Assembly (NCBI GenBank): GCA_030149205.1 | Contig: JASBSB010000008.1 | Coordinates: 91,318 to 123,317 of the forward strand | Source: Candidatus Heimdallarchaeota archaeon | GTDB lineage: Archaea; Asgardarchaeota; Heimdallarchaeia; Heimdallarchaeales; Kariarchaeaceae | DNA: 32,000 nucleotides | Direction: 5' to 3' | Part shown: positions 17,920 to 26,395 of the stretch, piece by piece | How positions within the stretch are numbered: the first letter of the stretch is position 1 | Layout of the letters: every line of letters begins with the position of its first letter | Made by a program: the position numbers and the translations under genes | The notes under the pieces: model-generated | What the model was told of the DNA's origin: nothing | Database searches by the model: none | The model's input: only the letters and a program-made list of their open reading frames with translations

Positions 17920-20900
17920 GAGGCAAACAAAGATCTGTCTCTCCAGTCGTAGCAATGGTTTTAATAATTGCATTAGCTGTTGCAAGTGCTGCCACTGTCT
18001 ACATTGTTGTTGTAAACTTTATGAATCAAACCAACTACAATATTGCACCTGTTAGTTCTGTATTGGCATATGATTACAATAATGACACTAAAATTGATGT
18101 GCTGAAGGTTAAACTAGAAAATGTTGGATCCAGTTCACTAGAGATATCATACATAGCAATTCAAGATGCTAACTCACCAAAACAATGGTTTAAAGATCCA
18201 AACTCGCCATCCAAACTAGATGCAAAATCCTCACTTGATTTTACCTTCTTTACAAACAGCAGTTCATCACAGCTCTCATCAGGTCAAGATGTTATTATGT
18301 TTATTGGAAAATCAGTCAATGATTTTGCAACCATTAAACTAAGCATACCAACTCAGATTAATTTAGGAACTCCTGTAACTGTAACTGTTCTTTCCGCTGG
18401 GAGTCCTGTAGTTGGGTCTATAATAAGCTTTACCCAGGCAAGTGGCTTACCTGCAAGTGTACCTCCCCAGTCCACAGATGGAAAAGGACAGGTCAAGGTT
18501 TACCTTCTTCCCAATTATTACTATGCAACAACATCAAATGGTGTGAAATCTAAGGTGTTTTTCTCTCTTGATGAACCTTCAATCACAATCAACGGAACCG
18601 CTCAAAAAATCAGTGTAAAAGTTGTTGACAGCAAGAACCAACCCCTCTCAGGAATTAGTGTTTATGCTGCTGACAAAAATCAGAACGATATCGGTAAATC
18701 TACAATTACAAACAGTTCTGGGCTTGCTGACATGGTATTGGCTGAGGGTAGCTTTTTATTAAGAGCAAGCTATCTTTCTCAGAACTACTGGTCGTCTCAA
18801 ATAAATGTTCCTAGCTCAACCAAATTAGTAACCATAAAAATTACGTCTGGAACCCTGAATGGTAGCATATATTTTGGGAAGGTACAGGTTAAGCAACGAC
18901 TCTATGTCAGACTTTACACTTCTTCAAATGCAACAATGAACCAAGGTCAATGGACCAACAGTAGTGGATATTTCAGCTTTACAAATGGAGTGGTATCAGG
19001 TTTGTACAGGTTAAGACTCCAATATTCTGGGAGATATTTCTGGAGTGGAATCCTCTCTACTAGTACACCAGACCTTCAGGCGAACTTTGGTGGAGGAATA
19101 ATCTCAATCAATATTACCGCAGGCAACTACTCTTTAAGAAGAGGTGTATTAACCAGGCTATTTACAGACACGAACACATACACCAGCAGATACAGTTGGA
19201 CTAACACAACAGGAGGAGTGAATTATGGAGCTTACCCTGGAGGGAACTATAAAGTCAGAATTGATTGGCTCAGAAAATATACTTTCTCAAAGGTTTTTGA
19301 GAATACAGGAACTGCTTTACATCTTGATTTTGCTGGAGGAAAATTGATTGTTCAAGTTAGATTGAATGATACCACCATTCGTGGAGGAGTACTAACGAGG
19401 CTTTTCCTCCCAGATAATAACTATACCTACCTCTACGGTTGGACTAATTCATCTGGATTTGTAAATTATGGAGTTGTACTTGCAGGAAATTATAAACTAC
19501 GAGTAGACTGGTTAAGAAAATATGTTTACACCTCTGAATTCTATCATGATGGTCTTGGTACAAAATTTGTTGATGTAAATGGATTCAAGCTCTCAGTCAA
19601 AGTAAATCTGGATGGTCAATCTATTAGGTCAGGCGTGTTAACCAGACTATTCCTTGGCTCTTCTACAACATACACTTATCTTTACGCCTATGTTAATTCC
19701 ACAGGATATGCCAATTATGGAGGTATATTAAGTGGTATCTACAGGTTACGTATTGATTGGTTAAGGCAGTATGTTTATTCTTCAGACTTCGTGCATAATA
19801 CAACAGGTCCAAAAACAGTTAACTTAGCTGGTGGAAGACTCTTAATCCAGGTCAAATTAGATAATTCACCAATTAGGAGTGGAGTCTTGACTAGGTTATT
19901 CCTCAATGGATCAAATACTTACACCTACCTCTACGCATACACTAATGGAACAGGTTGGGTTGATTATGGAGGAGTATTACAGGGTAATTATAAGCTTAGA
20001 ATAGATTGGATGAGGCAGTATCAATTTTCCTCTGGTTTCTTCCACAATTCGAGCGCTCCAAAATCAATTAACATGCAAGGAGGTAGACTGGTAATCCATC
20101 TAACATCTGGGAACCAAAACCTCAGATCAGGAATTCTGACTAGGTTATTCCTTAACGGGTCAAATACTTACACGTACCTTTATGCCTATACCAATGCCAG
20201 TAGCTATGTGGACTTCGGTGGAATACTCCCTGGTGTCTATCAGCTTAGAATAGATTGGTTAAGAATGTATACATTTACCGTAGGGTTTGATCATCAAAAC
20301 TCTACAGCCAAATCCGTAAATGTACAAGGTGGAACCCTCTCGACTCAGGTAAAGATAGGAGGAACTCCTGTTCAGAGTGGGGTGTTAGTCAGACTCTTTA
20401 CCAATTCATTTTCGTATACATACCTCTATGCTTATACTAATTCTTCAGGTTATGCAAACTTTGGAAATGTGATTGGTGGAAACTTCTCAATGAGAGTGGA
20501 TTGGCAAAGACAATACACCTACTCTGGATTCTTGATCCATAATGATAGTACCCCATTAAGTTTTAGCTTAGATGGAACCGGAAAGCTTCTGATCAGAGTC
20601 CGAGATAACGCAAACTCTCCTTTAGCTGGAAGTCAACTCATCAGGTTATTTTTAACACCTGGAAACAGCTATACCTACATTTATAGGTATACCAATGGAA
20701 CTGGATATGTCCAATTTAACACCATATTGGCAAATACTTACCAACTTAGGTGGGATAATCAGAATCCTGACTGGTATTCAAACGTGTTTACTGTAAACAA
20801 TACCGCTTCAGCAACTGTCGACATTACTGTCACACCCACAGCAACAGCTCAAAACGTTTCAAATCCACTAAATCCTGTGAGAGTAACCTCTGTAAGCTAC

Positions 20901-20951
20901 CCAAGTCATATTGACAAGAAAATGGGGATAAGATATCCCCTAATCAGGTGA
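17916..20951 (+). CDS. Giant archaeal pilin-like protein with tandem prealbumin/carboxypeptidase-regulatory-like beta-sandwich repeats
   Basis: Class III signal-like N-terminus MRGKQRS|VSPVVAMVLIIALAVASAATVYIVV, a pilin-like globular domain (LKVKLENVGSSSLEI), then about 10 domains of ~82 aa. No C-terminal TM. AGGAGG upstream, ATGA overlap with the previous gene. Confidence 0.8.
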   Translation: MRGKQRSVSPVVAMVLIIALAVASAATVYIVVVNFMNQTNYNIAPVSSVLAYDYNNDTKIDVLKVKLENVGSSSLEISYIAIQDANSPKQWFKDPNSPSKLDAKSSLDFTFFTNSSSSQLSSGQDVIMFIGKSVNDFATIKLSIPTQINLGTPVTVTVLSAGSPVVGSIISFTQASGLPASVPPQSTDGKGQVKVYLLPNYYYATTSNGVKSKVFFSLDEPSITINGTAQKISVKVVDSKNQPLSGISVYAADKNQNDIGKSTITNSSGLADMVLAEGSFLLRASYLSQNYWSSQINVPSSTKLVTIKITSGTLNGSIYFGKVQVKQRLYVRLYTSSNATMNQGQWTNSSGYFSFTNGVVSGLYRLRLQYSGRYFWSGILSTSTPDLQANFGGGIISINITAGNYSLRRGVLTRLFTDTNTYTSRYSWTNTTGGVNYGAYPGGNYKVRIDWLRKYTFSKVFENTGTALHLDFAGGKLIVQVRLNDTTIRGGVLTRLFLPDNNYTYLYGWTNSSGFVNYGVVLAGNYKLRVDWLRKYVYTSEFYHDGLGTKFVDVNGFKLSVKVNLDGQSIRSGVLTRLFLGSSTTYTYLYAYVNSTGYANYGGILSGIYRLRIDWLRQYVYSSDFVHNTTGPKTVNLAGGRLLIQVKLDNSPIRSGVLTRLFLNGSNTYTYLYAYTNGTGWVDYGGVLQGNYKLRIDWMRQYQFSSGFFHNSSAPKSINMQGGRLVIHLTSGNQNLRSGILTRLFLNGSNTYTYLYAYTNASSYVDFGGILPGVYQLRIDWLRMYTFTVGFDHQNSTAKSVNVQGGTLSTQVKIGGTPVQSGVLVRLFTNSFSYTYLYAYTNSSGYANFGNVIGGNFSMRVDWQRQYTYSGFLIHNDSTPLSFSLDGTGKLLIRVRDNANSPLAGSQLIRLFLTPGNSYTYIYRYTNGTGYVQFNTILANTYQLRWDNQNPDWYSNVFTVNNTASATVDITVTPTATAQNVSNPLNPVRVTSVSYPSHIDKKMGIRYPLIR
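19098..20834 (+). repeat. Seven conserved ~83-aa intragenic tandem repeats
   Basis: Consensus RSGVLTRLFL..sxTYTYLYAYTNxxGYxxxGxxxxGxYxLRIDWLRQYxxS at ~249-nt periodicity. Confidence 0.92.
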
Positions 20952-22837
20952 ATATCATGAAGAAACTAACCATTCTAATTATTATCCTAGGTTTAAGCCT
21001 CATACTTCCAGGAAATGCGGTAGTCTCAGATCTAAACAGCTCAGTAATAATGACACCCACTGGTACATTACTTCCTACAACTAACTACACACTCTATGTG
21101 TATGTTGCAAACTCCACACATGGAATTTCAGGAGCAAATGTAACCTTTACAGTTTCAAGTGGGAAGCTTATCTCCTCTCCTCAGGCTGGAGGGCTTGTTT
21201 CACTCTCAACGTTAGAGGCTATTTCCAACAGTTCAGGGTATGTGAAAATTGTGTGGGAAAGTCCTCAGACAGATTTTAGCATTCCTACCATAAATGTACA
21301 ATTGCTGGCTGATATACAATACCCAGCAGAATCACTGAGTAAATCCTTAAGCAAAACAATATCTGTAGGCTCTCCAACTATTGATTCTATAGCACAAATC
21401 ACACAGAATCTGACTAAACCAGTATTGTCAAACCAATCTGTCGTAATCAAGACCACAGTGAAGAATAATCTGGGACTCCCCACACCAAACACACAGGTCT
21501 CACTTACTCTCCCTATTGGGAATTTCACCAGTAACAGTCAGGGATTAACAGATACAAATGGTGAGTTTATTGTCTCATGGAGAGCACCTATTCTTTCCAC
21601 TGCAAATCCTTCGCAGATTGCAAACCTAACAATATTGGCTCAAATTAGTCCATCAGTTAATAATTCAAAGATCTTTCTGATAAATGTAACTCTAGGAAAA
21701 GCAGCGGACATAGTAATTCAAAGCAGTTTACCACAGTTTACGAAAGAAGGTACAGTGCAACCAATCACAATAACAGTCCTAAACAATCAGACACTCCAAC
21801 AAGGTGCTGAGATATCCATCTCTACCACCAGAGGGTATTTCAAAAATCAAACTGGTTCATATGTACTTACCGATGCAACAGGTATATCAAACAGCACAGG
21901 ACAATTAACAGTATATTGGAAAGCACCAATCCTAGATAATAACTTGAATGTGACAAATGATTTCTCGCTTTTGTTAAATTTAGGTACAATTCAGGTTACA
22001 AGTGACTTTAACACAACTATCTACCCAGTGCTCAAAAGCTTCAAAGTTAAATGGTTGAGCTCAACAGCAGGATTCTCCCAAAATAAAACCATACCTGTTA
22101 GTCTTCAACTTTTGGACAGCGTAAGCTCTCTCCCCGTAGCAAACGCAAATGTTCAGCTCAGCAGTGAGTATGGTGTCTGGAATGTTAGTAATTCAGATGT
22201 GGTTTCACTCACTTCCGACTCTCAGGGAACAATAACTGGTTATATTGATGTCTCTAATGTCAAATTTGAATTTCAATTCCAAAATCTCACTGTTATATAC
22301 TCTGCTAGTAGCAGCAAATACAGGCCTATACAAGGAAATCAAAGTTTATCTATAGAAAGAAGCAGGCCAAATCTTGGGTTCAAAATTATCCTTGATTCTA
22401 AGAATGCAACAGTAGGGCAATCTATAGGCATTCTGATTAAAGTGGATTTGAAGGGTAATCCTGTACAAGATGTCACTTTGGAGTTAAGCACCACTACAGG
22501 GTACTTTGTAAATAGTACATCGGGTGTACCATCCAATTTTAGAGGTAGAACTGACACGGCTGGGTTATTGAAGGTAGTTTGGAAAACAGATAACATAAAC
22601 CAAACTGACTTCAATCTAACAAACTACATCCATATCAAAGCTTATTTCCAAAGTTACACATATGACCTTGGTTCCTATAAAATCAATCTCTATGAGAGTA
22701 CAACAAGTGCAACCACTAATATACTTCCGAATTCATCCCCAACAGCTGGTTCAAACTCGTTAATCATTGGGTCTATCGCAACCGCACTGTTGGTTGCAGC
22801 TGGAGGAACGATTATCGTAATTAAAAAATATAATTAA
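20948..22837 (+). CDS. Membrane-anchored Ig-like (invasin/Big_1-like) surface protein with about 5 domains
   Basis: Signal peptide MKKLTILIIILGLSLIL (likely ATG 20957 after AGGTGA), five units such as SNSSGYVKIVWESP, TDTNGEFIVSWRAP, SNSTGQLTVYWKAP and TDTAGLLKVVWKT, then a S/T linker and C-terminal TM + KKYN. Confidence 0.78.
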   Translation: MNIMKKLTILIIILGLSLILPGNAVVSDLNSSVIMTPTGTLLPTTNYTLYVYVANSTHGISGANVTFTVSSGKLISSPQAGGLVSLSTLEAISNSSGYVKIVWESPQTDFSIPTINVQLLADIQYPAESLSKSLSKTISVGSPTIDSIAQITQNLTKPVLSNQSVVIKTTVKNNLGLPTPNTQVSLTLPIGNFTSNSQGLTDTNGEFIVSWRAPILSTANPSQIANLTILAQISPSVNNSKIFLINVTLGKAADIVIQSSLPQFTKEGTVQPITITVLNNQTLQQGAEISISTTRGYFKNQTGSYVLTDATGISNSTGQLTVYWKAPILDNNLNVTNDFSLLLNLGTIQVTSDFNTTIYPVLKSFKVKWLSSTAGFSQNKTIPVSLQLLDSVSSLPVANANVQLSSEYGVWNVSNSDVVSLTSDSQGTITGYIDVSNVKFEFQFQNLTVIYSASSSKYRPIQGNQSLSIERSRPNLGFKIILDSKNATVGQSIGILIKVDLKGNPVQDVTLELSTTTGYFVNSTSGVPSNFRGRTDTAGLLKVVWKTDNINQTDFNLTNYIHIKAYFQSYTYDLGSYKINLYESTTSATTNILPNSSPTAGSNSLIIGSIATALLVAAGGTIIVIKKYN

Positions 22838-23003
22838 AATCATAGATTGAAGGACAATTATATTTTGAATCAGCAAAAACAATGTTATTACAATGAATTA
22901 TGAAGTGATTAACCAAATAATGTAACAATATTATAGATTTAGACATATTAGAATTTAACCATTACACAAATCTTTTCAAAAAAAAATTATTTTCAACTAA
23001 ATA

Positions 23004-23507
23004 ATGATTTCAATAGGAGAGACTGTGAAAGATTTCTTAGTCAAATATGTATTAGGCGTTGAGATAGAACCCATAGGAATTGATTACCTTAAAAAAAAGT
23101 GGACCATTCTATTCTTCTATCCGGAGGATTTCAGCTTTATATGTCCTACCGAAGTAACGGGGTTTAATGACCATCTGGAAGAAGTAAAAGAATTAGGTGC
23201 TCAAATACTCGGTGTATCGGTTGATTCTCTTGAATCTCACAAAGCCTGGATAAAAGAGCTCAAAATCAAGTATCCATTAATTTCTGATGAGAATAAAGAA
23301 CTGGGAAAAATTTTTGGAGTATTGGATAAAACTGACAATCGATGTCACCGAGCGACTTTCATCATCAATCCTGATTTAAAAGTCGAGTTTGTGATGGTTA
23401 CCTCCAGAAATGTTGGGAGGTCTGTACATGAGACAATTCGGGTTCTTAAGGCAATTCATACCGGAGACAGTTGCCCTGCAGATTGGGATCCAGAAGGTGT
23501 TAAATAA
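23004..23507 (+). CDS. ahpC: Typical 2-Cys peroxiredoxin (AhpC/Prx1)
   Basis: Peroxidatic FYPEDFSFICPTE, resolving DSCPADW, RATFIINPD and VGRSVHETIRVL. Confidence 0.92.
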   Translation: MISIGETVKDFLVKYVLGVEIEPIGIDYLKKKWTILFFYPEDFSFICPTEVTGFNDHLEEVKELGAQILGVSVDSLESHKAWIKELKIKYPLISDENKELGKIFGVLDKTDNRCHRATFIINPDLKVEFVMVTSRNVGRSVHETIRVLKAIHTGDSCPADWDPEGVK

Positions 23508-24241
23508 TGCCGTCTACAGATCTTGATGCTATAACTAAGAGCAAGGAACGAATTGATTTAAAAGGTAAAACCCGAGACCTTGTCTTTGGAATGCAAGATG
23601 GGTTAATCTCAATCTTGGGACTAGTAGCAGGAGTTTATGGGGCTTACTCTAATCAGCCTCTGATTGTAGTCATAACCGGCTTCACCGGGGCAATGGCCGC
23701 AGCAATTTCTATGGCTGTAGGGTCACTTCTTTCAACTGAGGCAGAGAGAGATATATTAATCGCAGAGATCGATGAAGCAAGAGAACTGTTCAAAGAAAAA
23801 CCGTATCTTGCCCAAGAAAGCCTAATGGGGGAGTTCACAAGTGCAGGTATGGACAAACCAACAGCATACGCTGCGGTAAAGGTTATGTCAAAAAATAAAG
23901 ATGTGTTATTTGACAACTTCAGGAACAGCATACTTGACCTTCCAGCAGTAGAAAAAGAAAATCCATATGTTAATGCAGTTGTTATGTTCATTGCATTCAT
24001 CTTTGGGTCTCTCTTCCCAACCCTACCATTTCTCTTTTTCAGTGGGAGGACTGCATACTATGCAGCTATTATAGCAACAGGTACTGCATTATTTATTTTA
24101 GGGGTTGCCAAAGGCTATTTTGCAAAACAAAATTTCTGGCTCTCTGGCATAAAATTCTTTCTCATCGCCGTAGTGGCAAGTTTATTAAGTGAATACGCTG
24201 GGACTGTGATCAGAGATCTACTTGCTGCAAGGTTTGCATAG
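23507..24241 (+). CDS. VIT1/CCC1 family Fe/Mn exporter
   Basis: RDLVFGMQDGLIS, AAAISMAVGSLLS, an acidic cytosolic loop (EAERDILIAEIDE) and about 5 TM segments. TAATG overlap with the peroxiredoxin gene. Confidence 0.9.
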   Translation: MPSTDLDAITKSKERIDLKGKTRDLVFGMQDGLISILGLVAGVYGAYSNQPLIVVITGFTGAMAAAISMAVGSLLSTEAERDILIAEIDEARELFKEKPYLAQESLMGEFTSAGMDKPTAYAAVKVMSKNKDVLFDNFRNSILDLPAVEKENPYVNAVVMFIAFIFGSLFPTLPFLFFSGRTAYYAAIIATGTALFILGVAKGYFAKQNFWLSGIKFFLIAVVASLLSEYAGTVIRDLLAARFA

Positions 24242-24339
24242 TTTGTATAACTATCATTTTAAATGATTAATTCATCCATATTTCAAATGGACTTAAACCT
24301 ATTTTGGCTCATCATAACATCTCAATGTTGCTTGATATC

Positions 24340-24915
24340 TTAAACTGGGGTGATGTCAGCATAAGCGATGTAATTACACAAGCGAATGGCATCAATTCTC
24401 TCATAAGCCCTGTACTTGTTTACACATTTCGCAAAAACAGCTTGAATTTTTGCTCTTAGCTCTTTTGCTATGTCCTCGTCAACAAACATCACCATGTCCT
24501 CCGGTAAGTCATCAATCCTATTTTTTTCGATATGTGATTTAGTGACCCGGATTTTGTGGTACTGTAGAGCTAAAGAAAGATATTGAACATACAATTTGAA
24601 ACCGTGGGGATTCTGCTTTGGATTTAAGTGCAACCGCATTATTTCCTCTATTTCAGGGGTAATATTGAACTTCCGTCGCACAAGGTGCTCAGACACATTT
24701 TCTGCGCCAGCTTCATAGATTATTGGGGGATTATGCTCAACAAGCTGATTTATGTAGTAGAAAATTTTGGTTCCCGAAATTATCAGTCTTTTCTTTAATT
24801 GTGAAGAAGTAATCCCAGGGTTCCTTAAAACAAGTATGAAAATCATCATTTTTATCGGATCCTCAAACTGGCTAAGAACAGATTCAATCTCAGGACTTAA
24901 TTGAAGCTTTTTCAT
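24340..24915 (-). CDS. Winged-helix (ArsR-like) transcriptional regulator with C-terminal domain
   Basis: DPIKMMIFILVLRNPGITSSQLKKRLIISGTKIFYYINQL. Divergent from the merB-like gene. ATG 24915 is preferred because of TATA spacing (ORF track starts at TTG 24930). Confidence 0.72.
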   Translation of the reverse strand: MKKLQLSPEIESVLSQFEDPIKMMIFILVLRNPGITSSQLKKRLIISGTKIFYYINQLVEHNPPIIYEAGAENVSEHLVRRKFNITPEIEEIMRLHLNPKQNPHGFKLYVQYLSLALQYHKIRVTKSHIEKNRIDDLPEDMVMFVDEDIAKELRAKIQAVFAKCVNKYRAYERIDAIRLCNYIAYADITPV

Positions 24916-24940
24916 ATAAAATGTTCTCAATCGACAGATA

Positions 24941-24948
24941 TTTTAAAG
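24941..24948. promoter_or_regulatory. TATA-like element usable in both directions
   Basis: TTTTAAAG on plus and CTTTAAAA on minus. It lies -33..-26 from ATG 24915 and about 25 nt upstream of the palindrome. Confidence 0.45.
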
Positions 24949-24970
24949 TATTGACATAATACATATTGTG

Positions 24971-24992
24971 AGCAGTCAAATAATTGACTGCT
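24971..24992. promoter_or_regulatory. Perfect palindromic operator candidate
   Basis: AGCAGTCAA-ATAA-TTGACTGCT, with 9-bp perfect arms, between the divergent regulator and the merB-like gene. Confidence 0.7.
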
Positions 24993-25016
24993 TAATTTTT
25001 TAAGAGGACAAAAACA

Positions 25017-25631
25017 ATGAGTATAATGTTTTCAGATGAGATTCTTAATTTGCATCTCAAGGTACTGGCGGAGATACTCAAGGGGAAGTCATTTGAGAAA
25101 ATAAAGAATCAGTATTCAGAGGAATTTAAGAGGCTAAACTATTTACAGGTAGCGACAGGACCACTTTTGACGTTTCAGAACGAGCAACTGATAGCTTCAT
25201 ACCCCATATCACCAAGAGAAAGCAGCTACATTGTGAATGTGGAAGGAGTTGGTAAAGGGTATGCCATGTGTGCCATCGACGCCTTAGGTGTCGCATACAC
25301 ATTCATGAAAAAGACCACAGTTGAAACCACCACCAAAGACACAGAAGAAGTGGTTAAAATAGAAGTCGACCCAAATGCAACAACACATGAGGCTATGGAC
25401 GTCTTTGTTACGTACACCCCGTTAGATAGCAAAATCACCAATGCTGCGGTGCAACAATGTCCAAGCATCAATTTTTACCGGGACAGTAAAAACATCCCTG
25501 AACAGTTACAGGTATTGTCTTTCCAAGATGCATTATCTAGAGCAAAGGAGATATTTTCTCAGCAGGAAATCTTGAATTGTATCAAGGGAACTTCAACATG
25601 CACAGCAGACAATGCTTCAGATTGCTGTTAG
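25017..25631 (+). CDS. merB: Organomercurial lyase MerB-like protein with Cys-rich C-terminal tail
   Basis: YAMCAIDAL matches the MerB WCALD Cys/Asp motif, QQCPSINFY matches the second catalytic Cys region, and ASYPIS precedes them. The tail is NCIKGTSTCTADNASDCC. Confidence 0.75.
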   Translation: MSIMFSDEILNLHLKVLAEILKGKSFEKIKNQYSEEFKRLNYLQVATGPLLTFQNEQLIASYPISPRESSYIVNVEGVGKGYAMCAIDALGVAYTFMKKTTVETTTKDTEEVVKIEVDPNATTHEAMDVFVTYTPLDSKITNAAVQQCPSINFYRDSKNIPEQLQVLSFQDALSRAKEIFSQQEILNCIKGTSTCTADNASDCC

Positions 25632-25657
25632 GACGTTAAATCAGGGATTGTTGGCTT

Positions 25658-26136
25658 ATGATAGCAGATTTGGAGCTACTCAGTGAGTATTTGAAGTGGA
25701 GTGACACAACTCTCATAAGTTCTCTTCATGAACTGTCCGAGGAAGAGTTTGAAAAGAGATTTGAAGGGATTTCTGGAAGCATCTCTGGAAAAGCGGGTCA
25801 TATAATTGGGGTCTATGAATTGTTTATTTTGACCATTGAGGGGAACTACCTGAGGGATTCCCAACCCAAAAAGGGCTGGGACAAGCAGCACTTCTCAAGT
25901 TATGGCAAGAGAAACTGATGAAACTACGCAAAGACATGAAAGAGAAAAGAAACAGGTTTTTGGAGCTGCCACTGGCAAAAAATCATTTCGTGAATATAGA
26001 GCTGGCATATCTAGATTCAATCATACATTCCATTCATCACAAGGGACAGATCATCACAATGATAAGACTGATTGGTAAGGAGTTTTCAAGCTCTGATCTT
26101 AATTTGGACTTCTTCAAATTATTTTATAAAGAGTAA
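25658..26136 (+). pseudogene. DinB/YfiT-superfamily protein split by a single frameshift
   Basis: The 5' part has SISGKAGHII and the 3' part has HSIHHKGQII. One extra G in GGGG at 25840-25843 joins them as ...TIEG-ELPEGFPTQKGLGQAALLKLWQEKLMKL..., giving about 159 aa. Confidence 0.75.
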
Positions 26137-26395
26137 AAAGACCTAATCTTTGACATCTGAAATTAAATTATATGGTTTTCAAATTATACAAGAGGCATCA
26201 AAGAGATTTAAAGAAAAATGCAAGACCACACCAACAAAAAATCTAAGACTTAAACCAGCATATAGATAGTTCCCAAAATATTAATATAACTCTGATGAAT
26301 TGTAGTAAACGGAGGAAAGATTCCAAATATTAAGCGAGAGTGAAGTTTGGTTTTTTACTTTCACAGATAAACAACTTAATAACTTAAATTGGGCT

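Noticed and set aside
20797-20833. Spacer 13 (30295-30331) resembles the pilin gene end (23/37 nt; NAANATVDINY vs NTASATVDITV), suggesting self-targeting
   Set aside because: A rough binomial estimate expects tens of such matches by chance for 38 spacers over both strands. There are too many mismatches for targeting.
24951-24956. Bacterial -35 box TTGACA upstream of the merB-like gene
   Set aside because: There is no -10 hexamer at 16-19 nt spacing, and the archaeal TATA reading fits better.
25838-25846. Programmed -1 ribosomal frameshift in the dinB gene
   Set aside because: G GGG AAC is not a canonical X XXY YYZ slippery site, and I see no clear downstream stimulatory structure.
58-25891. 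Short ORFs overlapping real genes on the opposite strand or in another frame (58..261, 84..272, 340..624, 4515..4709, 4746..5135, 5410..5595, 7804..8106, 8468..8656, 9381..9731, 14547..14735, 15325..15564, 17382..17606, 21265..21528, 22339..22614, 23653..24000, 25226..25471, 25676..25891)
   Set aside because: They are shadows of well-supported genes, with no motifs and typical antisense composition.
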